Notes under the pieces: generated by a model
What the model was told of the DNA's origin: nothing
Database searches by the model: none
The model's input: the letters and a program-made list of their open reading frames with translations, nothing else
Assembly: GCA_032718475.1 (NCBI GenBank)
Contig: JAUCBJ010007338.1
Location: forward strand, 25,450-89,449
Origin: Nemertoderma westbladi
Lineage: Eukaryota > Animalia > Xenacoelomorpha
Direction: 5' to 3'
Length of the DNA stretch: 64,000 nt
Program-made: the position numbers and the translations under genes
In this document: positions 34,521 through 45,300 of the stretch, piece after piece
How positions within the stretch are numbered: the stretch's first letter is position 1
Layout: every line of letters begins with the position of its first letter

Positions 34521-36623
34521 GTATATATTACCGGAACTACTGGAGTTGCAGCCGGTTGGGGTTTCAATTACTATCTGAAGAAATATTGCGGTTGTCAGAT
34601 AAACTGGTCGTCGGATCAGTTGAGCATCCCCAATCCATTACCGAAAGCGAAGGAACGGGTAACCAGCCCGCACCAGTTCCGTTACTACCAAAACGTCTGC
34701 ACCGTGAGCTACTCCATGGTCTGGTGGGACTGGGCGAGATGGGAGCGAGAAATAGATTGGATGGTCATGAATGGATACAACCTCCCGCTCGCATTCACAG
34801 GACAAGAGTATGTCTGGCAGAAGTTGTGGCGGTCATTTGGTTTCACTGACCAGGACATAGAAGAGTTCTTCACAGGACCGGCTTTCCTTGCTTGGCAAAG
34901 AATGGGAAACGTGGATGGATGGGGAGGTCCATTGCCCCAATATTGGATCGATGGACAATACCAATTGCAACTGCAAATTCTGAAGAGAATGCGAGAATTT
35001 GGTATTATTCCAGTCCTGCCTGGTTTCAGCGGAAATGTTCCCAAAGCAATCTCCCGCATTTTCCCTCGAGCGAAAGTGGATCATAGAGGTGCTTGGGGCA
35101 ATATGAATGCAACCTACTGTTGCACATACTCTTTGGATGCAGCCGACCCATTATTTGAGAAAGTTGGCACAGCTTACTACAAACTTCTTATAGAAACGTT
35201 TGGCACAGATCATATCTACAGCATGGATACATTTAATGAAATGGCACCGCCAACGACAGACCTTACTTACCTAGAGGACAACAGCAGGATGACCTATTCA
35301 GCATTGTTAAATGTCGATCCCATTGGCGTATGGTTGATGCAAGGCTGGTGTTTTCTAGAAGGTTTCTGGACGCCAGACCGAGTGAAAGCGTATCTCTGGG
35401 GCGTGCCATTGGGGCGTCTGCTAGTCCTTGATCTTTATGCTGAATTCATACCGATGTATGTGAAGACGCACAACTTCTATGGTCAACCTTACATATGGTG
35501 CATGTTGCACAATTATGGCGGTACACTGGGGATGTACGGACCTTTGGACAGGGTAACCAATGGCGTTATTAAGGCTATGAATGAAGATAATAGCACTATG
35601 GTTGGAACTGGAATTACTATGGAGGGAATTAACCAGAACGAAGTTATGTACGAAATGATGAACCAAATGCACTTGAGTACAGAATCGTACGGAAACGATT
35701 TGCCGAAGTGGATTGAGAACTTCGCAAAGAACAGATATGGAATGAATCTCAATTCAACATCTAAAGCCTGGGATCTGCTACTGAGATCCCTTTACAACAC
35801 TAATGCGTATTACAATTACAACCACAATGGGTTACAAATCCTTAAACCTAGTACGAATATTCACATTGCATTTCATTACAACGCTAGTGATGTGTTTTAT
35901 GCGTGGGGGAATATGACCCTGGCCATGAAAACCTTGGGTAGTATAGAAACCTATCGTTATGACTTAATAGATATCACGAGACAGGCCATGCAGGAGGCAT
36001 CCACTGTTGCATACAATAAAATGATAGCCGCTTTCAACACAGGCTCTTATGATGATATGGTTGCAATGGGTGACAGACTTTTGGAAACTATTATGGACTC
36101 AAACAGAGTCCTTGGAACCGATAGTCGGTATATGTTGGGTACATGGATAGCGGCATCTCGAGAGAAAGGAACAACAAATGATGAAAAAAGATACATGGAG
36201 TTTAATGCAAGAAACCAGCTGACTTTGTGGGGTCCTACTGGAAATATCTTAGATTATGCTGCGAAACAGTGGAACGGATTGATGAGTGATTACTACCATC
36301 CGAGGTGGGAACTGTTCCTACAGTATCTTCAGGTATCCAAGATGTCGGGTGTTCCATTGGATGAAACGAAGTTCGCCTCTCATTGTCTCTTTTTGGGTCA
36401 GTATTGGGGGTACATGAATCAAACATATCCTAAAGACCCCCTTGAAGACACTCTGGATGTTGTAGAAGTGCTTTATAAGAAATGGTCCGTAATAGTAGAA
36501 GGAGAATTGAATGAGATGCTAATTGACAATGCAGTTCCATTGAATTATGTTGATGACGACTTTGCTGATCGAATCAAAGAAATTCTTAAAATTAAGCATC
36601 AAATGCAAGCGAATTATTTTTAA
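34521..36623 (+). CDS. NAGLU: Alpha-N-acetylglucosaminidase (GH89) exon 2; spliced protein about 790 aa
   Basis: Acceptor ttccag at 34520. In-frame VYITGTTGVAAGWGFNYYLKKYCGCQINWS, RYYQNVCTVSYS..WWDWARWEREIDWM, GPAFLAWQRMGN, catalytic-region DTFNEM and MEGINQNEVMY, NARNQLTLWGP, LDYAAKQWNGL. Confidence 0.96.
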   Translation, partial: VYITGTTGVAAGWGFNYYLKKYCGCQINWSSDQLSIPNPLPKAKERVTSPHQFRYYQNVCTVSYSMVWWDWARWEREIDWMVMNGYNLPLAFTGQEYVWQKLWRSFGFTDQDIEEFFTGPAFLAWQRMGNVDGWGGPLPQYWIDGQYQLQLQILKRMREFGIIPVLPGFSGNVPKAISRIFPRAKVDHRGAWGNMNATYCCTYSLDAADPLFEKVGTAYYKLLIETFGTDHIYSMDTFNEMAPPTTDLTYLEDNSRMTYSALLNVDPIGVWLMQGWCFLEGFWTPDRVKAYLWGVPLGRLLVLDLYAEFIPMYVKTHNFYGQPYIWCMLHNYGGTLGMYGPLDRVTNGVIKAMNEDNSTMVGTGITMEGINQNEVMYEMMNQMHLSTESYGNDLPKWIENFAKNRYGMNLNSTSKAWDLLLRSLYNTNAYYNYNHNGLQILKPSTNIHIAFHYNASDVFYAWGNMTLAMKTLGSIETYRYDLIDITRQAMQEASTVAYNKMIAAFNTGSYDDMVAMGDRLLETIMDSNRVLGTDSRYMLGTWIAASREKGTTNDEKRYMEFNARNQLTLWGPTGNILDYAAKQWNGLMSDYYHPRWELFLQYLQVSKMSGVPLDETKFASHCLFLGQYWGYMNQTYPKDPLEDTLDVVEVLYKKWSVIVEGELNEMLIDNAVPLNYVDDDFADRIKEILKIKHQMQANYF

Positions 36624-36832
36624 GACAGGAATGATTTTATTTAAAAACGATTGAAATTGTTATTATCAGATTGTATATTATTAGAAGTAGATACTTTGGG
36701 TTGCATTTGGTAACACCAAACTCCCATCACACATTATCAAATTAATAATTATTTTTTAATTATATACAATATTATTCAATAATATTAAATATTAATTATG
36801 TTATTAAATTATATAGATTATGGCCTGATATT

Positions 36833-37836
36833 GGCTGGTGTTTCTTTGTCATGGGGTCTGTGTTACAAGACATGGGCTGGGGTTTCTGTGTCACAAGACA
36901 TGAGCTGGGGTTTTTGTATAGGAAGACATAAGCTGGGGTTTCTGTGTCACAAGACATAAGCTGGGGTTTCTGTGTCACAAGACATGGGGTGGGGTTTCCG
37001 TGTCACAAGACATGATCTGTCGTTTCTGTATCGCAAAACATGAGCAGAGGTTTCTGTGTCACAAGACATGGGGTGGGGTTTCTGTGGCACACGACATGGG
37101 GTGGGGTTTCTGTGTCAAAAGACATGATCTGTCGTTTCTGTATCGCACGACATGAGCTGAGGTTTCTGTGTCACAAGACACGGGGTGGGGTTTCTGTGTC
37201 ACAAGACATGGGGTGGGGTTTCTGTATCGCAAGACATAAGCTGGGGTTTCTGTGTCACAAGACATAAGCTGGGGTTTCTGTGTCACAAGACATGGGGTGG
37301 GGTTTCTGTGTCACAAAACATGGGGTGGGGTTTCTGTGTCACAATACATGGGGTGGGGTTTCTGTGTCACAAGACATGATCTGTCGTTTCTGTATCGCAA
37401 GACATGAGCTGAAGTTTCTGTGTCACAAGACATGGTGTGGGGTTTCTGTGTCACAAGACATGGGGTGGGGTTTCTGTGTCACAAGGCATGATCTGTCGTT
37501 TCTGTATCGCAAGACATGAGCTGAGGTTTCTGTGTCACAAGACATGGGGTGGGGTTTCTGTGTCACAAGACATAAGCTGGGGTTTCTGTGTCACAAGACA
37601 TAAGCTGGGGTTTCTGTGTCACAAGACATGGGGTGGGGTTCTGTGTCACAAGACATGAGCTGGGGTTTTTGTATAGCAAGACATAAGCTGGGGTTTCTGT
37701 GTCACAAGACATAAGCTGGGGTTTCTGTGTCACAAGACATGGGGTGGGATTTCTGTGTCACAAGACATGGGGTGGGGTTTCTGTGCCACAAGACATGATC
37801 TGTCGTTTCTGTATCGCAAGACATGAGCTGAGGTTC
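36833..37836 (+). repeat. 28-bp satellite (GGGGTTTCTGTGTCACAAGACATGAGCT)n, left part
   Basis: Directly visible; continues after the LTR element at 50713. Confidence 0.95.
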
Positions 37837-39071
37837 TGTTCGCGCTTTCAGACCTTTGGCAGTTTAACCCGCCAAATTAGGATGTCTGTTAGATAATAAA
37901 TCACTTTAGCCGATGACAAATATTTGATTCACTACACTAGTCGAAACCAATCTGTGCGCGATCATTCACCCGCTGGATAATTCCCGGGAGATTGGGTTCG
38001 ACGGCTTAATTTTATTGCTATGTAAGCTTAATGTATTATTCGACTGACAGTATTATATAATCTCTGACAATATTATTCACCTTCGGGAATATCAACAGTT
38101 CCTTTAGGACGTGGCGCTTTATTTATATAAACAGAGTTATGACTTAAACTACTCACAACGATATGGCTTAGTTATAATTCACATATATGGCGCATTCTTT
38201 AGGAAATGCTTCGTTATCAGTATCACTCGCACACAATGCTGCACAATACTGCACACTGATCTGCCGATCTTCACTGATTTTAGTTACATATAAAAGGAAC
38301 ACGGACTGACTCATGTAGGGTCTATCAAATAACATTAAATTCACTGCAAACCACTTTAACATAAGTCACAATCGTTATCTGTAACCCTTCTCTCTTACCT
38401 TCAGTATATCAAGAATATTGGGTTTTCGGGTTATTTGTCGTTATTCCAAATATAATAATTCATCAACCAAATTATGAAGTACTGACAGCAAATAGCAGTA
38501 TAACAATATAAAGTATGCACAGTGTTACACAGTATACAGTGTATGCAGTACTGCAGTATGCATTGATTGCATTGAGTTAGGTTAGTCAAGTTAGATAACG
38601 GATATATGTCCTTATGATTAAGCCTACTAGTGTACGGCTAAAACAGTAAAGCACAAAAATACTTCTAAGCCGTTCTTTCCTTGGCTCAGGACTGAATGTA
38701 AACACTGCACATAGGCATTGCGTCATTTCTCGGAAATTTTCTGCACAAGGAGCCACAAAAACGCTCTAATTGGCTGACTGAACTGAGAGACGCCGTAGAA
38801 CAAAGGAAATCAACACGTATGAATGTCAGCTGTTAACCGTAGTCATAGTAACTACTGTTCAAGAGTAGCTATCACCCCTTTGCGTCACGAATTGCCATAG
38901 AATCATAAAATATGCCTTTCACAGTACACATACGGAGGAAATAGGTCTTAGATCCTCTAAAAACACCGATACAGCAATAATACGGTCTCTTACACTTATT
39001 AAATCAACTACAGAGTATTTTAATGTAAAAGATAATAAAAATAACGGGGCAATTCAGCAAAGGATTTTACA
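37837..39071 (-). repeat. 3' LTR (1235 bp)
   Basis: Matches 49475-50712 apart from about 4 substitutions and one 3-bp indel seen by eye. On the minus strand it is preceded by purine-rich GGGAGCGG (39072-39079), a candidate PPT. Confidence 0.95.
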
Positions 39072-39971
39072 CCGCTCCCAGAAAATGGGATTTTCAGTCT
39101 ATAAAATATAAAAATCACAGTTTCTAAAACCTAAAGATACTCTAAACAGTTAGTCTTTCTTGCGCGGACGGCGTTTACGCAGTTTTTTAAAGCTAGCAAG
39201 AGTCCTTTTCTCTTTGGGGGGGAACCACTTTACTAGGAGGGCCATAACTCCTGGGTGAAGGGTGCAATATGATTGCATTAGAAGGTTTGGGTTTACTGTC
39301 GGTGTCTCGTCCATTTCGATATGCTTCTCCTCGAGCTGATTTTCCTCCGCTTGTCATGGGATATGTTCGTCCAAAACTCTCGCAGAGAATAGGGTTTTCT
39401 AAGCTTGATATCTTCTTAGAGATTCGAGATTTCCCAATCGAACTGAGATAAGGCCAATTCGTTTATCGATTGGACTTACTGTTATAACTTACGTTTATCT
39501 GAACAACGCAGGTTTCTTTGTTGATCTTTATAGAATAGCGTTTAACTCGTTTCGTACAACGCTCTCCTTCACCTTGATGAAGGGTTGTATTGCGTTAAAC
39601 GGGACGACCATACGGTTGGATAGTGATATTAGGTGTCTGCGTCATAATCCGGCTAGGTAAGATGGGCGGCTAGGTAGAAATCACTGTAGGAGTGTTACCG
39701 ATTAATTGTTAGGGTAGCACTAGATCTTGAACAGTGAATACCGTCCGCGAGGATCCGCGACACCACCAGGATCGCAGGTCTGAGGTCCAACTAAGGAATG
39801 AGGAGGTTTGACCGAGTATTCCGGGACTCTGATCGTAGGTTTACTCTAGGATCGTTAGAGCCGAGTGAGCATAGATGATACGTCAAACAAGTTTCGCTCG
39901 AAACTCCAGTAAATATAACGAACACAACTGTGTTTAACACAACGTTTCCGTGGATGTTTATGTCTTTCCGT

Positions 39972-40691
39972 TTATTGGCTGGGTCTAGGGCATTTACCGT
40001 AATAATACCCAAAAACGTACGTTTTGTAGGGGAAACGCGAGTGATCTTTCTCCAGCTTACAATATTCCTCCATCCGTTCGAAGCTATTCGGTACAACAGG
40101 TAGCGGTCGATCGGCGGTAAGATACATCATAGGGGAATCGAGCCGTTTGAGTTCTACCATGCGGTCATGATGTATACCTTGAGGATATCGAGTTTCTAGA
40201 TTTTGTTGACTGGCAATATTGAGATATGTTTCTATCAGGAATTCCAGATAATCGTTGAAGTCGCTGCGTTTATCCGGCTCCTCAACGTCTTCTCTTTCGA
40301 GTCTGTTTCGAATAGAATTCTCGTGTTCCATTCTCGGTTTATCGTTCCGCCTCCGCTGGGTAGGATATTTCAATCGTACCATTTCCCTTTTGGTGTCGAC
40401 ATTGTCCGTATCGTGTAAATCGATAGGATGACCAGTAGTTAAGAAGCCCATATACGTACCATTACGCTGCGTATATCGAGCAGCGAATTTTCTATAGTCC
40501 AACTCACGCGGGAGCTGCTCTTGGGACATTGGCGGTTCGATATAACGACCATCGTCCTCCGCAGCAGTTGGACTAACGTCGCCGCGTATTAAGCTATCAA
40601 CAAACGCTTGTAAAGTAGAGTATATCGCTCCCCGATACCAAGACCATCTTCTATCAACTCCGTCATATCTGCTATATATGAGTTTATCCAT
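39972..40691 (-). CDS. Orphan 239-aa ORF between the pol remnant and the 3' LTR; no recognised domain
   Basis: ATG-initiated ORF in the element's sense orientation with coding-like composition. Fragmented reading frames continue towards ~39150, ending KKLRKRRPRKKD*. Confidence 0.5.
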   Translation of the reverse strand: MDKLIYSRYDGVDRRWSWYRGAIYSTLQAFVDSLIRGDVSPTAAEDDGRYIEPPMSQEQLPRELDYRKFAARYTQRNGTYMGFLTTGHPIDLHDTDNVDTKREMVRLKYPTQRRRNDKPRMEHENSIRNRLEREDVEEPDKRSDFNDYLEFLIETYLNIASQQNLETRYPQGIHHDRMVELKRLDSPMMYLTADRPLPVVPNSFERMEEYCKLEKDHSRFPYKTYVFGYYYGKCPRPSQ

Positions 40692-41497
40692 ATTATAATG
40701 AGTTTATATTTAGGCGAGCGGGCGTCGCTGCCTACCCCAATCAACCCCCGGACAGTACGAGATCCTCAGCGCCGATGTGTCGTCGCCGCTGTACTTTCGC
40801 CAACGACGTAGCCGCACAACGACAACGACAACCGGCACAAGTCACTCGACTGTCCGTCCCAAAGTCTTAGATGTACTTCAGGTTTTCCTTGGAGAGTTAG
40901 GTTACTTTTACGATTGCGACTAGCTACTGTAAACACACCTTAGCAGTAACATTCACCTATAAACTCACAAATACCACACACACCACTTGTCACAAATTAC
41001 ACACATTCGGGCCATTTGTCCGTTAGTCAATGCCTTCCAGAATGTCACTGTATTATTATGTATCCTTGGATACTAGTAGTGCGCTATTTATTCCCTATGC
41101 TATTCAATGGGACAAGCTTTCTATTGTTCTTTTAACTCAATTCTAATTCTAGCGTGGTTGTTGCTATGGTGACATTATGCAAAGCTAGCGGTAGAATTAG
41201 AGTAATTCCAATGCATACAGATCTGGAATGTTATTTAATAGTATTCTTTAATAGTCAATGTTCTGTTTTATACATGACTTTATGAATTTTATCGGCTATT
41301 GACTATGTTTGGGAGACTTTCACACACTCATACGCATGATAAGATAAATCTCCGCTCCCTTGATCTATTAATTAATGGAATTTTGGGAACTTTATACATT
41401 GCGTAAAAATGGCAATTTATTAAATTCATTAAAAGGCATGAATTTAAATTTATTCCCTGAAATTTTATTATTTGACAACTAAATGGACATATTTTGA

Positions 41498-41778
41498 TTC
41501 TAGAACATGTCTGGGGACACAAGATCCTTAATTCTATGACCATTGTCTTTTTAAGAATATCGGTAAATGCTACGATATCTTAATTGACTAGAATTATTGC
41601 AGGATCTGAAATTTACAGATTTTGATTTATTAGATTTTGCAAATATTAATTAATTAATATTTGAGATGGGCACCGATTTATTCCAGAACTTGTCTGGGGA
41701 CGTTAACCACTGATTCTAGAATTTGTCTTTCAAGTATATCGGTGGGTGCCGCGATATCTTAATCGACTAGAATTACAG
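41498..41778. repeat. Diverged ~100-bp direct repeat pair in the internal non-coding region of the LTR element
   Basis: agaac.tgtctggggac...ttgtcttt..ag.atatcggt..tgc..cgatatcttaat.gactagaatta at about 41500-41597 and 41684-41775. Confidence 0.7.
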
Positions 41779-42324
41779 GTGGTCAAAGGGTTTAACAGAT
41801 TTATTTTGCGTTATACGCTACTGTTAAAGGGACATCACGCTACTATATGTATTATTTAATATACGGTATGAGAGCAATATCGCACGAAGCAATGTCAGTG
41901 TGAAGAGGCAAGTCGTTTCCAAGGTCTACCCAGAGCTTGGTTTAGCCGAGACACAAGGATCTGAACTTTGCATTCCTAATACTCTGCCTACCAATAATAC
42001 TTGAATATAGTAGTGGCTTTATTGTACTTTAATAAGTACGGACATTTCATCTTACTGTAGTTACGTATTTGTAATGTAATACGGACAGTAAGGAAAGAGG
42101 AAAAGAATTATTTCTTGCCGTCGCATTAAATATAATATATACGTAATTAAGTAATAAACGCGAATATATATTGCACTATTCTACAAAATAATCGCTAAAA
42201 TAACATTCTACTGAATAAAATTAAAGAAAACGATTATAATAGAATTACATAGTAATACATACATAAATATAAAAATAATAAAATAATATAAAATAATAGA
42301 GTCACACACCCACTCCATATGTTG

Positions 42325-45300
42325 TTACGTTATGGAGTCCCTAGATGTTTGAAGGATTAGGGAGGTGGTCGTGGGAAGAGAATCTTGCCTTCCACAGTTT
42401 CCGGAGAGTCCTCCATTCCCTTCCGATAAACACAAACGACCGACTGGGTGATTGAGTCGCTGCATCCTGAATGCAATTCCAGGTTTCCTCTTCGTCCTGG
42501 AATAGTGACGATAGAAACATCGCTCAAAGTATATGACGGCGTCACAAAGCCGATTCCAGGAGCTATAGTGGTCCGTCGCTCTCTGCAGGAGAGGTGAGAG
42601 TCCCTGCGAGACGTCTGATGTTCCAGAGCTCCAATCGCTCTCTCTGATCTTCATGAAGGATCCACTCGCGGAGGGGAGGCCCAGATCCACGGCGTCGTCC
42701 CTGGCAACATGTAATACCGACAGATCTATCCCGGGTTCAAATAACTCCGATCCACCCGTCCGGGTTTCAGGTTCGACTTTCTCCGCTCCCTTGGCTGGTC
42801 TAATCTCAGTCGGAGTAAGATGGGAAGGCCATTCATTCTCCTTACTCAGGAAGTCGGGTTCACCTAACCGGTCTATAGTATCTGTCAGTTCTTGAGGAGT
42901 TGCTCCTCTGGAAGCGATGTCCGTTGGATTAAACTTCTTGGGGCAATATCTCCATTGATCTACATTGGAGCTAAGATTGTCATTATCTGAGGAGTGTGGT
43001 GTTCCCTCAGTTGGGTCGTCTCCCTCACTAGTATCATCTTCCCATTCACTCACCTGGCAGACGCGATCTTGAAGCAGTCTTTCCCTGAGCGTTCTACCGG
43101 AAGGTCCAGTAAGGTACCAACCTACTCTAGTTCTTACCGCATAGGTCTGTAGTGGCTGCGGTTGAGCAGGCCGTTTCTCTAATGTCTCCAGCGCCTCATG
43201 CGCGTTTTGGCCGATGAGTATTTGCACTCCAGGATAATCAGTCTGGAATCGAGGTATGTTAAGATGTTGGATGCTCTCATCCTCGTCCCAATTATAAAGG
43301 TCTGCTTGAGTAGTAGCGAAGTTCTTTATAGCCACCATTTTCACTGACCTGATGCTATGTTCTCCTAGTTCGTCCTGGGGGGTGGACAACTCACCTATAT
43401 AATAGTCGGCAGCTACAGTAGAATTCCAAACCTGCATGATCCCTGACAGGTTTAGCTTGGTTCGGAACTTGGGTTGTCCAGCAAAGATGACTTCGGCTAG
43501 TTCCCTATCGATGAATGTTCCTGTGCTACCGGAGTCCAGGAGGGCGTTCACTATATAGCTCTTCTGAGGTCCGTGGACCCGTAACTGGACTACAGGAAAT
43601 TCTCGGATTCCTATATTGGAAGTTGGCGCTTTCCAAGATGGTTGTTGATCGGAAGTAGTTAAGGTAAGGTCGCTGTCTGTGTCTTTCTCATACACGAGTG
43701 CTCGATACACTGCGGTGGTGTTTATTAGGTAACAGGATTCGTTTTGGTCGGAGAACTCGTCCGTATAGAATCCTTCCATCTCAGATTGATCAGTGTCGTT
43801 CACATCACTGAATTGGACATGTAGTTCGGACTCACTTACCTGACTCGGGCTGTTTCGTTCGAATTCCGTGTGCAACAAGATATGATGTTTTGCGCCGCAC
43901 TTTGCACACCTTGCGTCGGAGTTACAGGTTCGCCGTTGGTGTCCTCGTCTGAGGCAATTATAACACAACCGCTTATCCCACATGACTTCACGTCTATCCT
44001 TTAGTGATTTCCTCAGGAATTTATCACACGCATTTAAACGGTGGGGCCCGTCGCACAGCACACATTTCGGCTTGATGTTACTTACTTTAACCTGTGCTAT
44101 GTGGTGCACACTTGTTCTTTCCTCGGGCTTTCTCACCTGAATTCTTTTAGGAGACGTGGGAGGAGTTTTTCTTACTTGTTCTCTCCTGTCATTTGTTCGA
44201 GACTTGAATTTACTTACCTGATCTTTAGGCATTTTATTCACGTAATAAGATCTATCCGTGTCCTTCCCGCTATCTTCTCCTTGTGAAGTCTGGCTTTCGC
44301 CGTCATCGGTATAACATACTGGTGTTATTTTTCTCCTAGAGACGGGTTTTTCACTTACCTTGTTTTCCGGTGTTTTCTCCCTAGACAGTTTCAGGAGCTG
44401 TAATTTCACTTCTCCATCTAGGAATGACATGAGATCAGCCATGGTAGGGTCTCGCCGTTGTTGTTCCATCATATATAACACTTTCTTATCCCAGCGTGTA
44501 CCTACTCCACCTTTAGGTAAAGTAGAAGCCACTGCTCTAATAACCATAGTGTTCTGATACTCATGAGACTTACCTAGCCAATCTAATTGTCTGCAGATCT
44601 CCTGGATCTCATCGGAAAACTCGATAATTCCGCTACTAATAAACTTTCGGGGCGCTACTAACTTTGCATACAAGTACCCAGCGATATTATTCCTATTACC
44701 ATACCTGATGTTTAGTGTATCCCAAACTTGTCTTAATCCGTCTGGATGTCCAATAAACTTTAACGCCATTAACTTGGGAGATCCTTCCAAGCACTCGATG
44801 AGGTATCTAAGTTTTTCTCCATTAGATAGTACAGAGTTCTGTATGTTATCTTTGTAATATTCATTAAAAGGTAACCATTTCATCTCATCTCCATTGAACT
44901 TAACGATCTCTCCCACCTTTACCGCTTGCCGGGCTTCGGTTCTAGCCATTTGACGCGTAAAACTTTCTTGGGCCATCGTGCTATTTAATATTGAGTTATC
45001 GGTATATAAATTTCTCGGATTATGATCAATTCTATATGGAATATCATTATCAACAGGTTTATAATTACCCTTAATAGGGTTCACTATAGGAGTTTCTACT
45101 TCGCTAGCAGTATAGATGCGTGTAGGCTCCACACCTTGCGCATGCGATACTTCAGACCTAACAGGTTGACACATTGTTACAGAGGGTGGTGGTATACCCT
45201 TTTGGGTGTTTACTAATTTATCGCGTTCAAGCGCGATACTTTGCTGCACTTCTTGCAACTCTAACCTACTTTCCCTTACTGTGCCCTTGAATTGTTGGAC

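Noticed and set aside
33455-34620. ORF-track starts for NAGLU (GTG 33455, TTG 34620)
   Set aside because: Non-ATG starts. The ATG at 33551 plus the GT-AG intron 33821-34520 gives a complete GH89 protein with a signal peptide.
38168-38362. 64/65-aa ORF repeated at 49806-50003
   Set aside because: Duplicated only because it lies in the LTRs; no recognisable homology.
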